Assembly: GCA_963752925.1 (NCBI GenBank)
Contig: CAVVZY010000011.1
Location: 123,184-187,183, forward strand
DNA: 64,000 nt
Reading direction: 5' to 3'
Origin: an uncultured Acidobacteriota bacterium
Lineage (GTDB): Bacteria; Acidobacteriota; Terriglobia; Acidiferrales; UBA7541
Part shown: one piece after another, positions 48,283-57,853 of the stretch
Layout of the letters: each line of letters opens with the position of its first letter
Numbering within the stretch: the stretch's first letter is position 1
Notes under the pieces: generated by a model
The model's input: the letters and a program-made list of their open reading frames with translations, nothing else
Databases searched by the model: none
What the model was told of the DNA's origin: nothing
Position numbers and translations under genes: made by a program

Positions 48283-51144
48283 CTAGTGGTCGAGCAGAAT
48301 CAGCTGCGGGTGTGTGTCGGTCGCGACGCTCGAAATCACGCGGACGCTTCCCGGTGAAACAACGTAAAAGATCGAGTCCGCAGGAAAGCCGCTGGGCACC
48401 GTTCCGGTTGTGTTGAGCGTGCCCCGCCCAATTGGAGTACCGAGAGCAGGGTTGGTGTATGTCCCGCCGAGAAGCTGTGCCAGATTCGGAGACGTGGCCC
48501 CGGACGCGTCGATCTCGTCAACCGTTCCGTCTATGTTGCCGGCGCCGTCGGCAGTCAGTTGCCCCACGACGCTCTTCACATTGGCCTCCGCCTCGAAAGG
48601 CGCGGTGATTGTATAGCCGCCCATGAATGAGGTCAGCGCAAACGATGGCCCGCTCGTCTGTTGTTCGAGCCGCCCAGTGGTGACCGCCGCGTCGCTGCCG
48701 AGCAGAAATCCCTGAGCTGGCCCAGTCAAGTAGGCCACCGCAACGCGCGTTTGCGCTGCAGTCGTCCCCAGCCCCGTGAAGCTGACGCGGCCATTCGCGG
48801 TGATCGCACACGACGTTCCAGCTGTAAACGAAATCGGCGGGACGGCGCCGCCATTGATCGTGCCTCCGTCATTCTCATCGTAGATCAGGGAAACGGCCGC
48901 GTTCTGGTTGCATAGGGTTGAGGTGAGCAGACCCGCAAAAACGCTGGCGTTACCGCTCGCGTCCACGCCCGTTCCGCTCGCCACGCTCACGCCTTGCATT
49001 ACGGTCTGATCGAACACCGTGCTCGTCTGCTGCAGGACCACCTCGCCGGAGAGCCGGAACATCGTGGGCGCGCCATTGGTGTCGCGGTCGGCTTCGATGA
49101 AATAGAGATCCGAAGGTGTCACGAAGTAGAAGATGAAATTCAGCGTGACTTGCGGCTTGGCTCCCGGCGCGAACGTCAGAGCCGTAGTGCCACGATTTCC
49201 GGCCAGGAACGTAAAGTCTCCGGATAGCGACTGGTTGGTGAAAGTTCCCGCGTCGTTGAAATCGCTGCTGCCCGGGCTGATTGTCTGAGCGCCGTTCGCG
49301 TGGAAGGCTCCGGCCAGGGCTGCCGGCTTTCCCTGTAATTCGTAGCCGGGAAGTACGAAAGCGTAGTTCCCGCTGAAGTTGTTGTTGCCGAAGCTAGCTG
49401 GACCTACAACGTGCTTAAGAACTCCTTCGCCGTGCGTGTGCTTGGGGTCTTTGTTCGTCGCTGCGGTGTAGTCTTCAAAAAACTTGGCGTTTCCGTTCGA
49501 GTCGAGCACGAGATCATAATCGGCGACGATGGGCGTATTCGCGCCAAACGCAAAGGTAAGCTCCATTGTCCCGCGCCCATCGGACCCGATCAGATACGTG
49601 CTACCCGCCACCCCGGTACTCGGCGGCACGATCGATCCCCCGAGCGCTACGCCCGTAGTGCGGTTGCTGTCCACGGTGCCGGATGTAATGGTTCCGTTAG
49701 CGTTCGCCGTCAGGGTTCCTGCCAGCGCGACGGGTCCGTCGGAATCAAAACCGTTGAAGAGGAACGCGTATTGGCCGCTGAGCAGCGTGTTGTTCGCCAC
49801 GGAACCGGTAATTGTGATCGAGAACGTCGCTGAATTCGTCGCCGGGGCAGGGTTCCCGTTCGCTGGATTCAAAGCCGAATCCGCAACCTGAACCGTGAAA
49901 CTCGCCGTCGTGGCCAGGATCGGTGTGCCTGAAATGCTTCCAGTGCCGTCCGTATGCGACGAGAGTGTCAATCCGGCAGGGATCTGCCCTTGGATCACAC
50001 TCCACGTATAGGGCGGAATGCCTCCGGAGGCGTTCAACGTGGCGCTGTATGCTGGCGAGGACCCGGTGGTGCCGGAGGCTAGCGGTCCTGGTGGCGTGGT
50101 GATAAGCAGCGGCTGCGGAACCTGAATCGTGATCGAAAATGGCGCGGCCGGAACTGGTACCTTTTGCGGCGTCGGCAATCGAGAGTCTTGCACTTGTATC
50201 GTGAAATTATAGGTCGCCGGGTATGTAACCGCCGGCGACTCGTTGATGGGTATACCCGTGATCTGGCCCGTGCTGGCATTCAACGAGAGTCCGGGAGGCA
50301 AAGCACCCACGGCGATCCACGTGAGCGGGGCTGCGCCGCCGTTGGTCGAGATCTGGCCGCTGTATCTCGAGCCCAACGTGCCGACGGGCAGCGGCGCTAC
50401 GATGACGGAAAGCGTTGGAGCCGGCGCGATTGTAATGATGAAGTCTTGCGCAATCTGGGCCGCGCCGCCGCTGTCCTTCACCTGGATCGTAAATTGAGAT
50501 TTGCCGGATCCGCAAGGCGTGCCTAGGATCGTGCCGGTTGTGCTCGACGAAGATGCGTTCAATTTCAGGCAGTCCGGCAGCGAGCCGACCAGGGTGTAAG
50601 TGTAGGGCTGTACGCCGCCGGTAAACGTAAAGTTCCGCGTGTAGGGTACCGCGTTGTTTCCGTTGGTCAGCGTGCAGGGAAGGATATTGATTGGATTGCA
50701 CTCCGACGTTGCGAAGACCGGGGGCAGGACCACCGATACGGTGACCGTCTTCGTAATGGTCTTGTCCGTAACGGAAGTGGCTGTTATGACCACGCTCGTG
50801 GTGGCCGTGATAGCAGGCGCCGAAAATGTCACGGCGAACGGCGCGTTACCTGATAAAGACCCGCAACTTCCGGCGGTCAATTTTCCGTCGTTGGCGCAGC
50901 CCGACTGTTTCTCGAGCGTCCAGGTGACGCCCGCCGACGTCGTGTCACCACCCACCGCGGCCGTGAAGTTGAGCATGTTCGCTGTCGCGGAACCGAGCGG
51001 AGTTTCGTCCATCGTCAGCAAACCGTTCGCAGAAACGATTACGATCGAAATCGTTGATTTCGAGCCCCCACCCCCACAGCCGCTCGACAGTATCAAGGCC
51101 AGGCATGCCAGGCAAAACACCGCGGCGAATCGCATTCTCCTCAT
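48283..51144 (-). CDS. large lipoprotein with repeated Ig-like (putative-Ig/He_PIG type) domains
   Basis: ATG at 51144 gives MRRMRFAAVFCLACLALILSSGC (lipobox). Three or more repeats of the form PYT(Y/W)...LP.GL.LN...G.I.GTP...F.V.V.DS, followed by about 500 aa of Gly/Thr/Ser-rich beta sequence. Confidence 0.75.
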   Translation of the reverse strand: MRRMRFAAVFCLACLALILSSGCGGGGSKSTISIVIVSANGLLTMDETPLGSATANMLNFTAAVGGDTTSAGVTWTLEKQSGCANDGKLTAGSCGSLSGNAPFAVTFSAPAITATTSVVITATSVTDKTITKTVTVSVVLPPVFATSECNPINILPCTLTNGNNAVPYTRNFTFTGGVQPYTYTLVGSLPDCLKLNASSSSTTGTILGTPCGSGKSQFTIQVKDSGGAAQIAQDFIITIAPAPTLSVIVAPLPVGTLGSRYSGQISTNGGAAPLTWIAVGALPPGLSLNASTGQITGIPINESPAVTYPATYNFTIQVQDSRLPTPQKVPVPAAPFSITIQVPQPLLITTPPGPLASGTTGSSPAYSATLNASGGIPPYTWSVIQGQIPAGLTLSSHTDGTGSISGTPILATTASFTVQVADSALNPANGNPAPATNSATFSITITGSVANNTLLSGQYAFLFNGFDSDGPVALAGTLTANANGTITSGTVDSNRTTGVALGGSIVPPSTGVAGSTYLIGSDGRGTMELTFAFGANTPIVADYDLVLDSNGNAKFFEDYTAATNKDPKHTHGEGVLKHVVGPASFGNNNFSGNYAFVLPGYELQGKPAALAGAFHANGAQTISPGSSDFNDAGTFTNQSLSGDFTFLAGNRGTTALTFAPGAKPQVTLNFIFYFVTPSDLYFIEADRDTNGAPTMFRLSGEVVLQQTSTVFDQTVMQGVSVASGTGVDASGNASVFAGLLTSTLCNQNAAVSLIYDENDGGTINGGAVPPISFTAGTSCAITANGRVSFTGLGTTAAQTRVAVAYLTGPAQGFLLGSDAAVTTGRLEQQTSGPSFALTSFMGGYTITAPFEAEANVKSVVGQLTADGAGNIDGTVDEIDASGATSPNLAQLLGGTYTNPALGTPIGRGTLNTTGTVPSGFPADSIFYVVSPGSVRVISSVATDTHPQLILLDH

Positions 51145-51674
51145 GCAGCCACCAGAATTCCCATAATCTAATTTGCTCCCTCGCGCGGCATTGCTCTCGA
51201 AATGGGCGTACGCCTTCGGAACGGTCTTTCTTTCCTGCGGATTTCTCTTCGGACACGGCCGGTCTGGATACTCCCCCTTGCAACTCCCGGCGCATGCAGC
51301 CAAACGAGTTGAATAACAAAACGACCGGAGAGTGTCAACGTGCATCTCCGGTCCCCAACCTAACTTGGCGGTGTTGCATCTTACCGTCGAACGTATAAGA
51401 CCTCAAGAGTCGCGTCCTGCGGCAAGATTCAGGCAATGTGGATGCGTGTACCCTCGCGCTCGTTGCCTGCGGGTATCCTTCTCCGAAGTGTCGACCGGCG
51501 GTCGCCAGCCGGGTTGGTCGAGATTGACTTGGTGACCGGCGACGTCCGCGCGGCATGGGTTTTGATTGAGGCGTTTTCAGTTTTGAGAGGTTTTTTGGTA
51601 TAAGAGACTGTCCTAAAGGTTTGGTGGTCTATTTTTTTCCTCTCTTTTTCGTACTGTTCATACGGAGGAAGGCA

Positions 51675-52634
51675 TTGATTGAAGTTCAGAACCTGACCAA
51701 GGCCTATGGCCCGGTCACGGCCGTGGACCACGTCTCTTTCACGGTCAATAAAGGCGAAATCCTGGGTTTTCTGGGCCCCAACGGCGCCGGGAAGACCACC
51801 ACGATGCGTATCCTCACCGGTTTCATGCCCGCTACTTCAGGGACCGCGCGCATCGCCGGCTTCGACGTTTTCCAGGATTCTCTCGAGGTGCGCCGTCGCA
51901 TCGGCTATCTGCCCGAGGCGCCTCCCCTCTATCCAGATATGGCGGTCGGCACCTATCTGGACTTCGTTCTTCGAATCAAGAATGTTCCGGCGGAGCGGAG
52001 GCGCGCACGCGTGGCTGACGCGCTCGAGAAAACCAATCTGGGCGACAAGCGGACGCAATTGATCAAGCGGCTTTCGCGGGGCTACAAACAGCGCGTGGGC
52101 TTGGCGCAGGCCCTCGTCCACGATCCCGACGTCATCATTCTGGATGAGCCGACCGTGGGACTCGACCCTAAACAGATCATCGAAGTGCGCCATCTCATCA
52201 AGAGTCTGGCCGGCAGCCACACGATCATCCTTTCGACGCACATCCTGCCCGAGGTCAGCATGACCTGCGACCGCGTGGTGATCATCAACAAAGGCAAGAT
52301 CGCGGCCGTGGACACGCCTCAGAATTTGACCACGCAGCTAAACAGCGGGCAGAGAATTCAAGTGGAAGTGCGCGCCCCGGAAAAGCCTCTTCAGGATTTA
52401 CTCGCACAAATTCCAGGGGCCAGTCGGGTGCAGCTGGACGCATCGCGCGCCGATGGCCACATGCTGGCGACCGTCGAAGCCGCTCCGGGCAAGGACATCC
52501 GCAGCTTGATTGCCGCGAAGGTCGTCGAAAAGGGCTGGGAGCTCTATGAATTGCGCGGCGTGAGCATGAGTCTCGAAGACATTTTCCTCGAACTCACGAC
52601 TGACGACGCGGCCCACGCGGAGCCGTCCAACTAA
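51675..52634 (+). CDS. ABC transporter ATP-binding protein (GldA-like)
   Basis: TTG at 51675 after GGAGGA. LIEVQNLTKAYG, GPNGAGKTTT, LSRGYKQRVGLA, IILDEPTVGLD. Confidence 0.88.
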   Translation: MIEVQNLTKAYGPVTAVDHVSFTVNKGEILGFLGPNGAGKTTTMRILTGFMPATSGTARIAGFDVFQDSLEVRRRIGYLPEAPPLYPDMAVGTYLDFVLRIKNVPAERRRARVADALEKTNLGDKRTQLIKRLSRGYKQRVGLAQALVHDPDVIILDEPTVGLDPKQIIEVRHLIKSLAGSHTIILSTHILPEVSMTCDRVVIINKGKIAAVDTPQNLTTQLNSGQRIQVEVRAPEKPLQDLLAQIPGASRVQLDASRADGHMLATVEAAPGKDIRSLIAAKVVEKGWELYELRGVSMSLEDIFLELTTDDAAHAEPSN

Positions 52635-52646
52635 TCGGAGGATTTG

Positions 52647-53390
52647 ATGCGGAGTCTGTATGCCATATATCGCAAGGAGATGGGTCATTATTTTGTTTCT
52701 CCGGTTGCGTTCGTGCTGGTGGGCTTGTTTCTATTTCTGAGCGGCTTTTTTTTCGACTTGTACGTCACTGCCGCGAACGAACAGTCGCCTGACGCTCCAA
52801 CCTGGGTGCTTCGCGCCTTTCTTGGGTTTCTCGCTCTCGTTTTTCTTTTCTTCCTGCCTATGGTCACCATGGGCGTTTATGCCGAAGAAAGAAAGCGCGG
52901 CACGATGGAGCTGCTGATGACCTCACCGATCACGGAGACTCAAATCGTGCTTGGCAAGTTCCTGGCGTCTCTCACGCTTTTTGCCGCCATGCTGCTTCCG
53001 ACCGCGGGCTGCGTCCTTTTCATTTGGTTCCACAGCGATCCCGCGCCGCCATTGCGCATCTTGCTATCCGGGTATTTGGGCACGCTGCTTTTCGGAGGGG
53101 CGTTGCTGTCGCTCGGCTCGTTTCTTTCATCCCTCACTGAAAATCAGATCATCGCCGCCGCGCTCACTTTCGCCGCATTCCTGGCGCTGTGGGCGATTGA
53201 TTTTGGCACGCGCGCTGCCAGCGGCGCGTCGGGGCAGATTTTGCAATATCTCTCGGTCATCAACCATTACGACGATTTCACCCGGGGCATCATTGATACG
53301 TCCAGTGTGACCTATTACGTGAGTTTCATGATTTTGTTCATTTTCTTGACCGTCCGCTCGGTTGACTCCATGCGTTGGCGGCGGGCGTAG
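52647..53390 (+). CDS. ABC-2 type permease (GldF-like)
   Basis: MRSLYAIYRKEMGHYFVSPVAFV..., 6 TM segments. The start could be the TTG at 52644. Confidence 0.8.
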   Translation: MRSLYAIYRKEMGHYFVSPVAFVLVGLFLFLSGFFFDLYVTAANEQSPDAPTWVLRAFLGFLALVFLFFLPMVTMGVYAEERKRGTMELLMTSPITETQIVLGKFLASLTLFAAMLLPTAGCVLFIWFHSDPAPPLRILLSGYLGTLLFGGALLSLGSFLSSLTENQIIAAALTFAAFLALWAIDFGTRAASGASGQILQYLSVINHYDDFTRGIIDTSSVTYYVSFMILFIFLTVRSVDSMRWRRA

Positions 53391-53423
53391 CGTGTTCCTC
53401 GCGACTGCGGAGGGATTCATCGC

Positions 53424-54968
53424 ATGATTTGGGATCGGAACGAATGGACGAGGTGGCTTGCCGCCGTGGGCGGGGCCTGCTTGGTCGCTGGATATCTGCG
53501 CTTTACGATCGAGGCGGAATTGCGAACCACGAGCAAGATACTCCTGATTGCGGGAGGGGTTTTTCTTCTCGGGGCAATCGTGATCGGCTTTCGGCAGATC
53601 GTCGGCTTTTTCTCGAAGCGGTCATCGCAACTCGGCACAAATGCCATGATTCTCTCGTTCGCCGTGATCGCCATTCTCGTAGTTTTGAATTTCCTCAGTT
53701 ACCGCCATGCCAAGCGTTTCGATATGACCAGCGAGAAGCTCTTCAGCCTCTCCGATCAAACGCACAAGATCGTCGGCGGCCTGCAAAAGGATGTCACCAT
53801 CGCCCGCTTCGGCCGATCTCCCGCGGCGCCGGAAGATCAGCGCTTCGGCGATTTGATGACCGAGTACAAGCACCTCAGCCCGCATTTTCAGTTTAAGGAC
53901 GTGAACCCGCAGGAGAAACCGGAGGTCGCAAAAGAATACGGCGCGAAGCACGTGGGCGACGTCATCGTGGCCGCCGGACAGAACAAGGTGAATCTCGAAC
54001 CCGGTCCCGACGGAAGCTTCTCCGAATCGGATATCACGAACACGATCCTGAAGGTGACGCGCGACACCGTGAAGACCGTTTGCTTCGTCACCGGACATGG
54101 AGAGAAGTCGCTGACCGACGGCGGCGTGGATGGTTACGCTCAGATCGGAGAGAAACTTAAGAAGGAAACCTACGCAACGAATTCGATCAATCTTGTTACC
54201 GGCAGCGGTATTCCGTCGGACTGCGATGTTCTCGTGATTGCCGGCCCGACCAAACCATTATTCCCGCAGGAAACCGCGATGGTCGCCAAGTACTTGGACG
54301 CCGGCGGCAAAGTGTTGATCGAAGTTGATCCTGAGACGGATCCTAAACTCGATTCCATCTTCCAGTCGTGGAATATCAACGTCGGGAACAACGTGGTGAT
54401 TGACGCGAGCGGAATGGGCCAGCTGCTTGGAACCGGGCCTGAGATCCCGTTGGTTGTCGAGTATGGAGACAGTCCGATTACAAAGAGCCTGCAGCGGCAA
54501 ATGACCTATTTCCCGGTTGCGCGAACCGCGTCCATTGCGGACAAATCGAAATCGGAGCCGTCTGCTGTTGAGCTGCTGAAGACTTCGCCTCGAAGCTTCA
54601 CCAAGGCGAAGCTCGAGCACACAGTGAAATACGATCCCAAGTCCGACACGCTCGGCCCGCTTTCGCTGGGAGTGGCCGCCAGCAAGAAAGTGGGCGATCA
54701 GAGCGCTCGTTTGGTGGTCATCGGCGACTCCGATTTCGCCACCAACCAGGTGCTCGGCGGCCCAGGCAGCGACGGCGACCTCTTCCTCGATTCCATCAAC
54801 TGGCTGGCGCAGGATGAAAACATGATTTCGATCCGTCCCAAGCCCGAGACGAGCCGCCGCATCGCGCTGACGCTGGGACAGTCAACCGCTCTCGCCTGGA
54901 TCGATCGGTTCTTTCTTCCGGGCATCGTGATTCTCGTCGGGATTTCCATCTGGTGGAAGCGCCGGTAG
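53424..54968 (+). CDS. GldG-like auxiliary component of an ABC-type transport system
   Basis: N- and C-terminal TM anchors. RFDMTSEKLFSLSDQTHKIVGGLQKDVTI... is typical of GldG-family proteins. Confidence 0.78.
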   Translation: MIWDRNEWTRWLAAVGGACLVAGYLRFTIEAELRTTSKILLIAGGVFLLGAIVIGFRQIVGFFSKRSSQLGTNAMILSFAVIAILVVLNFLSYRHAKRFDMTSEKLFSLSDQTHKIVGGLQKDVTIARFGRSPAAPEDQRFGDLMTEYKHLSPHFQFKDVNPQEKPEVAKEYGAKHVGDVIVAAGQNKVNLEPGPDGSFSESDITNTILKVTRDTVKTVCFVTGHGEKSLTDGGVDGYAQIGEKLKKETYATNSINLVTGSGIPSDCDVLVIAGPTKPLFPQETAMVAKYLDAGGKVLIEVDPETDPKLDSIFQSWNINVGNNVVIDASGMGQLLGTGPEIPLVVEYGDSPITKSLQRQMTYFPVARTASIADKSKSEPSAVELLKTSPRSFTKAKLEHTVKYDPKSDTLGPLSLGVAASKKVGDQSARLVVIGDSDFATNQVLGGPGSDGDLFLDSINWLAQDENMISIRPKPETSRRIALTLGQSTALAWIDRFFLPGIVILVGISIWWKRR

Positions 54969-54987
54969 AGGTCTTGCGCGCACGGTC

Positions 54988-56352
54988 ATGATCAAGAAGA
55001 CGACACTCGTTGTGGTTCTTTGCGCCGCCGCGCTGGGCGCCGCTGTGTACTATTTCGATTGGAAGCGCGGCACCGAGAAGAAGCCCGCGGCGGACGCGTC
55101 GAAACCCGCGTTTACGATTCAGGCTGCCGACGTCGTGTCCTTCACGCTTGCTCACCCCGCGCAGCCGGACGATTCTTCGATCCGTTTTGAAAAGCGCGCC
55201 GGCGTCTGGCGAATCGTACAGCCAATCGAAACCGACGCGGACCAATCCACCGCCGAAGGAATCGTTGACCAGCTCGCCGGTGCGCGAATCGCACAGACCG
55301 AGCTCGGCTCGGCCGACCGGCGAAAGGCTTTCGGTCTCGAACCGCCGAAAGCTTCGCTCGATTTCCAGCTTGCCAACGGTGCGAAACACTCGCTTTTGTT
55401 CGGTGATACCGATTTCTCCGGCGATTCGGTTTACACCGTGGTGGATGGCGGACAAAGCGTTTCGCTACTGCCGCAGGTGCTTTCGATCAGCGTGGGCAAA
55501 TCGCTTGACGATCTGCGCGATCGCGCCATTCTGCACGTGGATAGCGAACGGGTCGCTTCGTTCAGCCTGAAGAACGCGGGTGGCGACCTAGTCGTGTCGA
55601 AGAACAAGGACGAGTGGGAATTTGCCGTGCCTGCGGCCACGCTCGCTGGCAACGAAGAGGTGGATTCACTGCTCCAGGCCGTCACGAATGCCAAGATGAT
55701 ATCTGTGGCGAACGAAAAGCCAGACAATCTGGCGCGGTATGGCCTGGCGGCTCCGGCAATCACGTTCACGGTCTCCGATAGCAAGGGGATGAAGGCCACG
55801 CTCATCGTCGGAAAAAAGGACGGCGCTTCGTATTTCGCGCGCGACATTTCCCGGCCGACGATTTTTCGCATTGATGAAGATGTCTACAAGAAGCTGCTGG
55901 AAAAATTTGGCGACCTGCGGGACAAACGGGTGTTTCACGCTGATGCCGCCGGCTTACAGCGCATTGAGATTCAGAACTCCAGCGGCTCCATCGTTTTGAG
56001 CCGCCAGCCGGACAAAACCGACGAATGGACTTTTGATTCGCCTGCCGATCGCAAGGGGAAACCCGTATCGAGCTGGAGAGTTCTTAATCCCATCGGCAGT
56101 TTGCGCGCCGAGGAGGTATTCGATCACCCGCCGGCGAATCTGCTTGCACAACTCGCGAATCCCGCCATCCGCCTGGTTCTCACCGGCAAGGATGGCAAGG
56201 AGTCGAATCTCCGGATTTCAAAACCCTCGGGCGATTTTGTCTACGCGCAGGCGACCGGCAACGGAGCGATCTATAAACTGAAGAAGCAGATTTTTGATGA
56301 ACTGAATGTAAATGCAGCAAATCTCGCGGCCGGAGATGCTGCTCCGAATTGA
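54988..56352 (+). CDS. DUF4340-like protein
   Basis: N-terminal anchor MIKKTTLVVVLCAAALGAAVYYF and repetitive beta-rich body. The position directly after gldG-like is the usual DUF4340 context. Confidence 0.65.
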   Translation: MIKKTTLVVVLCAAALGAAVYYFDWKRGTEKKPAADASKPAFTIQAADVVSFTLAHPAQPDDSSIRFEKRAGVWRIVQPIETDADQSTAEGIVDQLAGARIAQTELGSADRRKAFGLEPPKASLDFQLANGAKHSLLFGDTDFSGDSVYTVVDGGQSVSLLPQVLSISVGKSLDDLRDRAILHVDSERVASFSLKNAGGDLVVSKNKDEWEFAVPAATLAGNEEVDSLLQAVTNAKMISVANEKPDNLARYGLAAPAITFTVSDSKGMKATLIVGKKDGASYFARDISRPTIFRIDEDVYKKLLEKFGDLRDKRVFHADAAGLQRIEIQNSSGSIVLSRQPDKTDEWTFDSPADRKGKPVSSWRVLNPIGSLRAEEVFDHPPANLLAQLANPAIRLVLTGKDGKESNLRISKPSGDFVYAQATGNGAIYKLKKQIFDELNVNAANLAAGDAAPN

Positions 56353-56359
56353 TTGAGTG

Positions 56360-56608
56360 TCAGGACGCCTCGACCGTGGAAACGGCTTCGTTTTGCCAAG
56401 TCGCGAGAAGCAGTATTTTCCCGGTCGCCGGCGAGACGTGGATGTAGTAAACCACCGAGTCGCTCTCGACTTCGTAGAAGCCGGTGCGCTTGGGGTCGGC
56501 AATCGCACTGGCTCCGCCCGCCAGCAGACTCCGGAGCGCCACAATCGTCTGCGCCGTATGATTTCCCAGGTCTTCGATCTGTGCCTTGCTATTCACGCTT
56601 GCACCCAT
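56360..56608 (-). CDS. 82-aa hypothetical protein
   Basis: ORF with protein-like composition (…FYEVESDSVVYYIHVSPATGKILLLATW…). Convergent with the DUF4340 gene. No recognisable domain. Confidence 0.4.
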   Translation of the reverse strand: MGASVNSKAQIEDLGNHTAQTIVALRSLLAGGASAIADPKRTGFYEVESDSVVYYIHVSPATGKILLLATWQNEAVSTVEAS

Positions 56609-56821
56609 CGCTCGCTCCTCGCCATCACATAGATACTACGCGGCCAGCTTGTGGAAAGTTCCAAGGCTTTGTAGAATGTTTCCAGGTCGCTTGCTCGAAT
56701 ACGTGTCGGGATTAGGGACACACTCGTAATTGTTAAATAATTGTAAAGTTAACCTTCATCTTGCTACTTGCGCGGCCTAATCAAACTTGCCATAGTCGCG
56801 GACATTGAGGGTTATCCCATC

Positions 56822-57031
56822 GTGAAAAAAACGAAAGCCAAAGCAAAGGGTTCCAGCCGGTTTCAGCGGGACCGAAGACGCAAGCACCGCCACTGGCAAG
56901 TGACCGTGTATTACCAGGACGGTGAGAAGTTCGCCCGCGTCTACATTGATCGAGAACGTGCCGAGCGATTTGCCGAGCGTCAGAAGAAGTCGCCTGTGGT
57001 GAAGGCGACTCGCATTCTGGAAGTAGACTAG
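56822..57031 (+). CDS. 69-aa highly basic hypothetical protein
   Basis: GTG at 56822. VKKTKAKAKGSSRFQRDRRRKHRHWQVTVYYQDGEKFARVYIDRERAERFAERQKK... . Preceded by an AT-rich tandem repeat. Confidence 0.35.
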   Translation: MKKTKAKAKGSSRFQRDRRRKHRHWQVTVYYQDGEKFARVYIDRERAERFAERQKKSPVVKATRILEVD

Positions 57032-57188
57032 GCCGATTGAAGGTTTTTACCGTCTCGATGCATGAGACTTCCCGCCCTCGGTGACTTCCGCTACTTCCAC
57101 ATTCGGAAATTCCGTCGTGGGGCGGGCCTTGTCCCTCCGTGGGCGGCATGCTATAAATGTTTCAGGTCGGCGAGATGTCTTTCCGTAG

Positions 57189-57262
57189 GCGGGATTCGTA
57201 TAGTGGTAGTACGCCACCTTGCCAAGGTGGAGGCGAGAGTTCGATTCTCTTATCCCGCTCCA
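57189..57262 (+). tRNA. tRNA-Gly (anticodon GCC), CCA encoded
   Basis: Acceptor GCGGGAT/ATCCCGC, anticodon arm CCACC-TTGCCAA-GGTGG, T arm GAGAG-TTCGATT-CTCTT, then T-CCA. Confidence 0.9.
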
Positions 57263-57344
57263 GTTTTGTTCCGGTCCATCCCTTGCAGTGATCCCAGTAG
57301 CTCGTTCCGGCGCGCCGTGCTAGAGTTCTGCCCGCCCGACGCCC

Positions 57345-57839
57345 ATGTTGGCATATCTTTGCGGTCCAATTGAATTCGCTGAGGAAGACGGAAAGCTATG
57401 GAGGCGCAAGCTGACGCCATTTCTTCGCGATCAGCTTGGTCACCGCGTATACGATCCCGTCGAAGACGCGCGGAAAATCCTCACCGGGGACGAGATTGCG
57501 AATTTCCGCGTTTGGCAGACGACTGATTTGGACAGATTCCGCCGGGTCGTCCGGAAGATCATCGCCTTTGATCTGGACCTGATCGAAAACAAAGCGGACT
57601 ACTTGATCTGCTACTGGGACGAGGAAATTGCGTCCACGGGTGGCACCCCGGCTGGGCTGACCGCGGCGTATCGCAAGGGCATTCCCGTCTATCTCGTCAC
57701 GCCGCTGCCGGTGGAGGAGATTGACGCCTGGATGCTGGGCTGTTCCGATCAGGTCTTTTCCTCCATCGAGGGCTTGAAGGAATTTCTTTCCTCCCGCTTT
57801 TCTCGCGAAAAACAAACTCAACTGTGGAAGGATTCATAG
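57345..57839 (+). CDS. nucleoside 2-deoxyribosyltransferase-like superfamily protein
   Basis: MLAYLCGPIEF... (YLxGP start typical of this fold) and ...ADYLICYWDEEIASTGGTPAGLTAAYRKGIPVYLV. The assignment is by motif resemblance only. Confidence 0.55.
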   Translation: MLAYLCGPIEFAEEDGKLWRRKLTPFLRDQLGHRVYDPVEDARKILTGDEIANFRVWQTTDLDRFRRVVRKIIAFDLDLIENKADYLICYWDEEIASTGGTPAGLTAAYRKGIPVYLVTPLPVEEIDAWMLGCSDQVFSSIEGLKEFLSSRFSREKQTQLWKDS

Positions 57840-57853
57840 ACTCGAAGTCGCGG

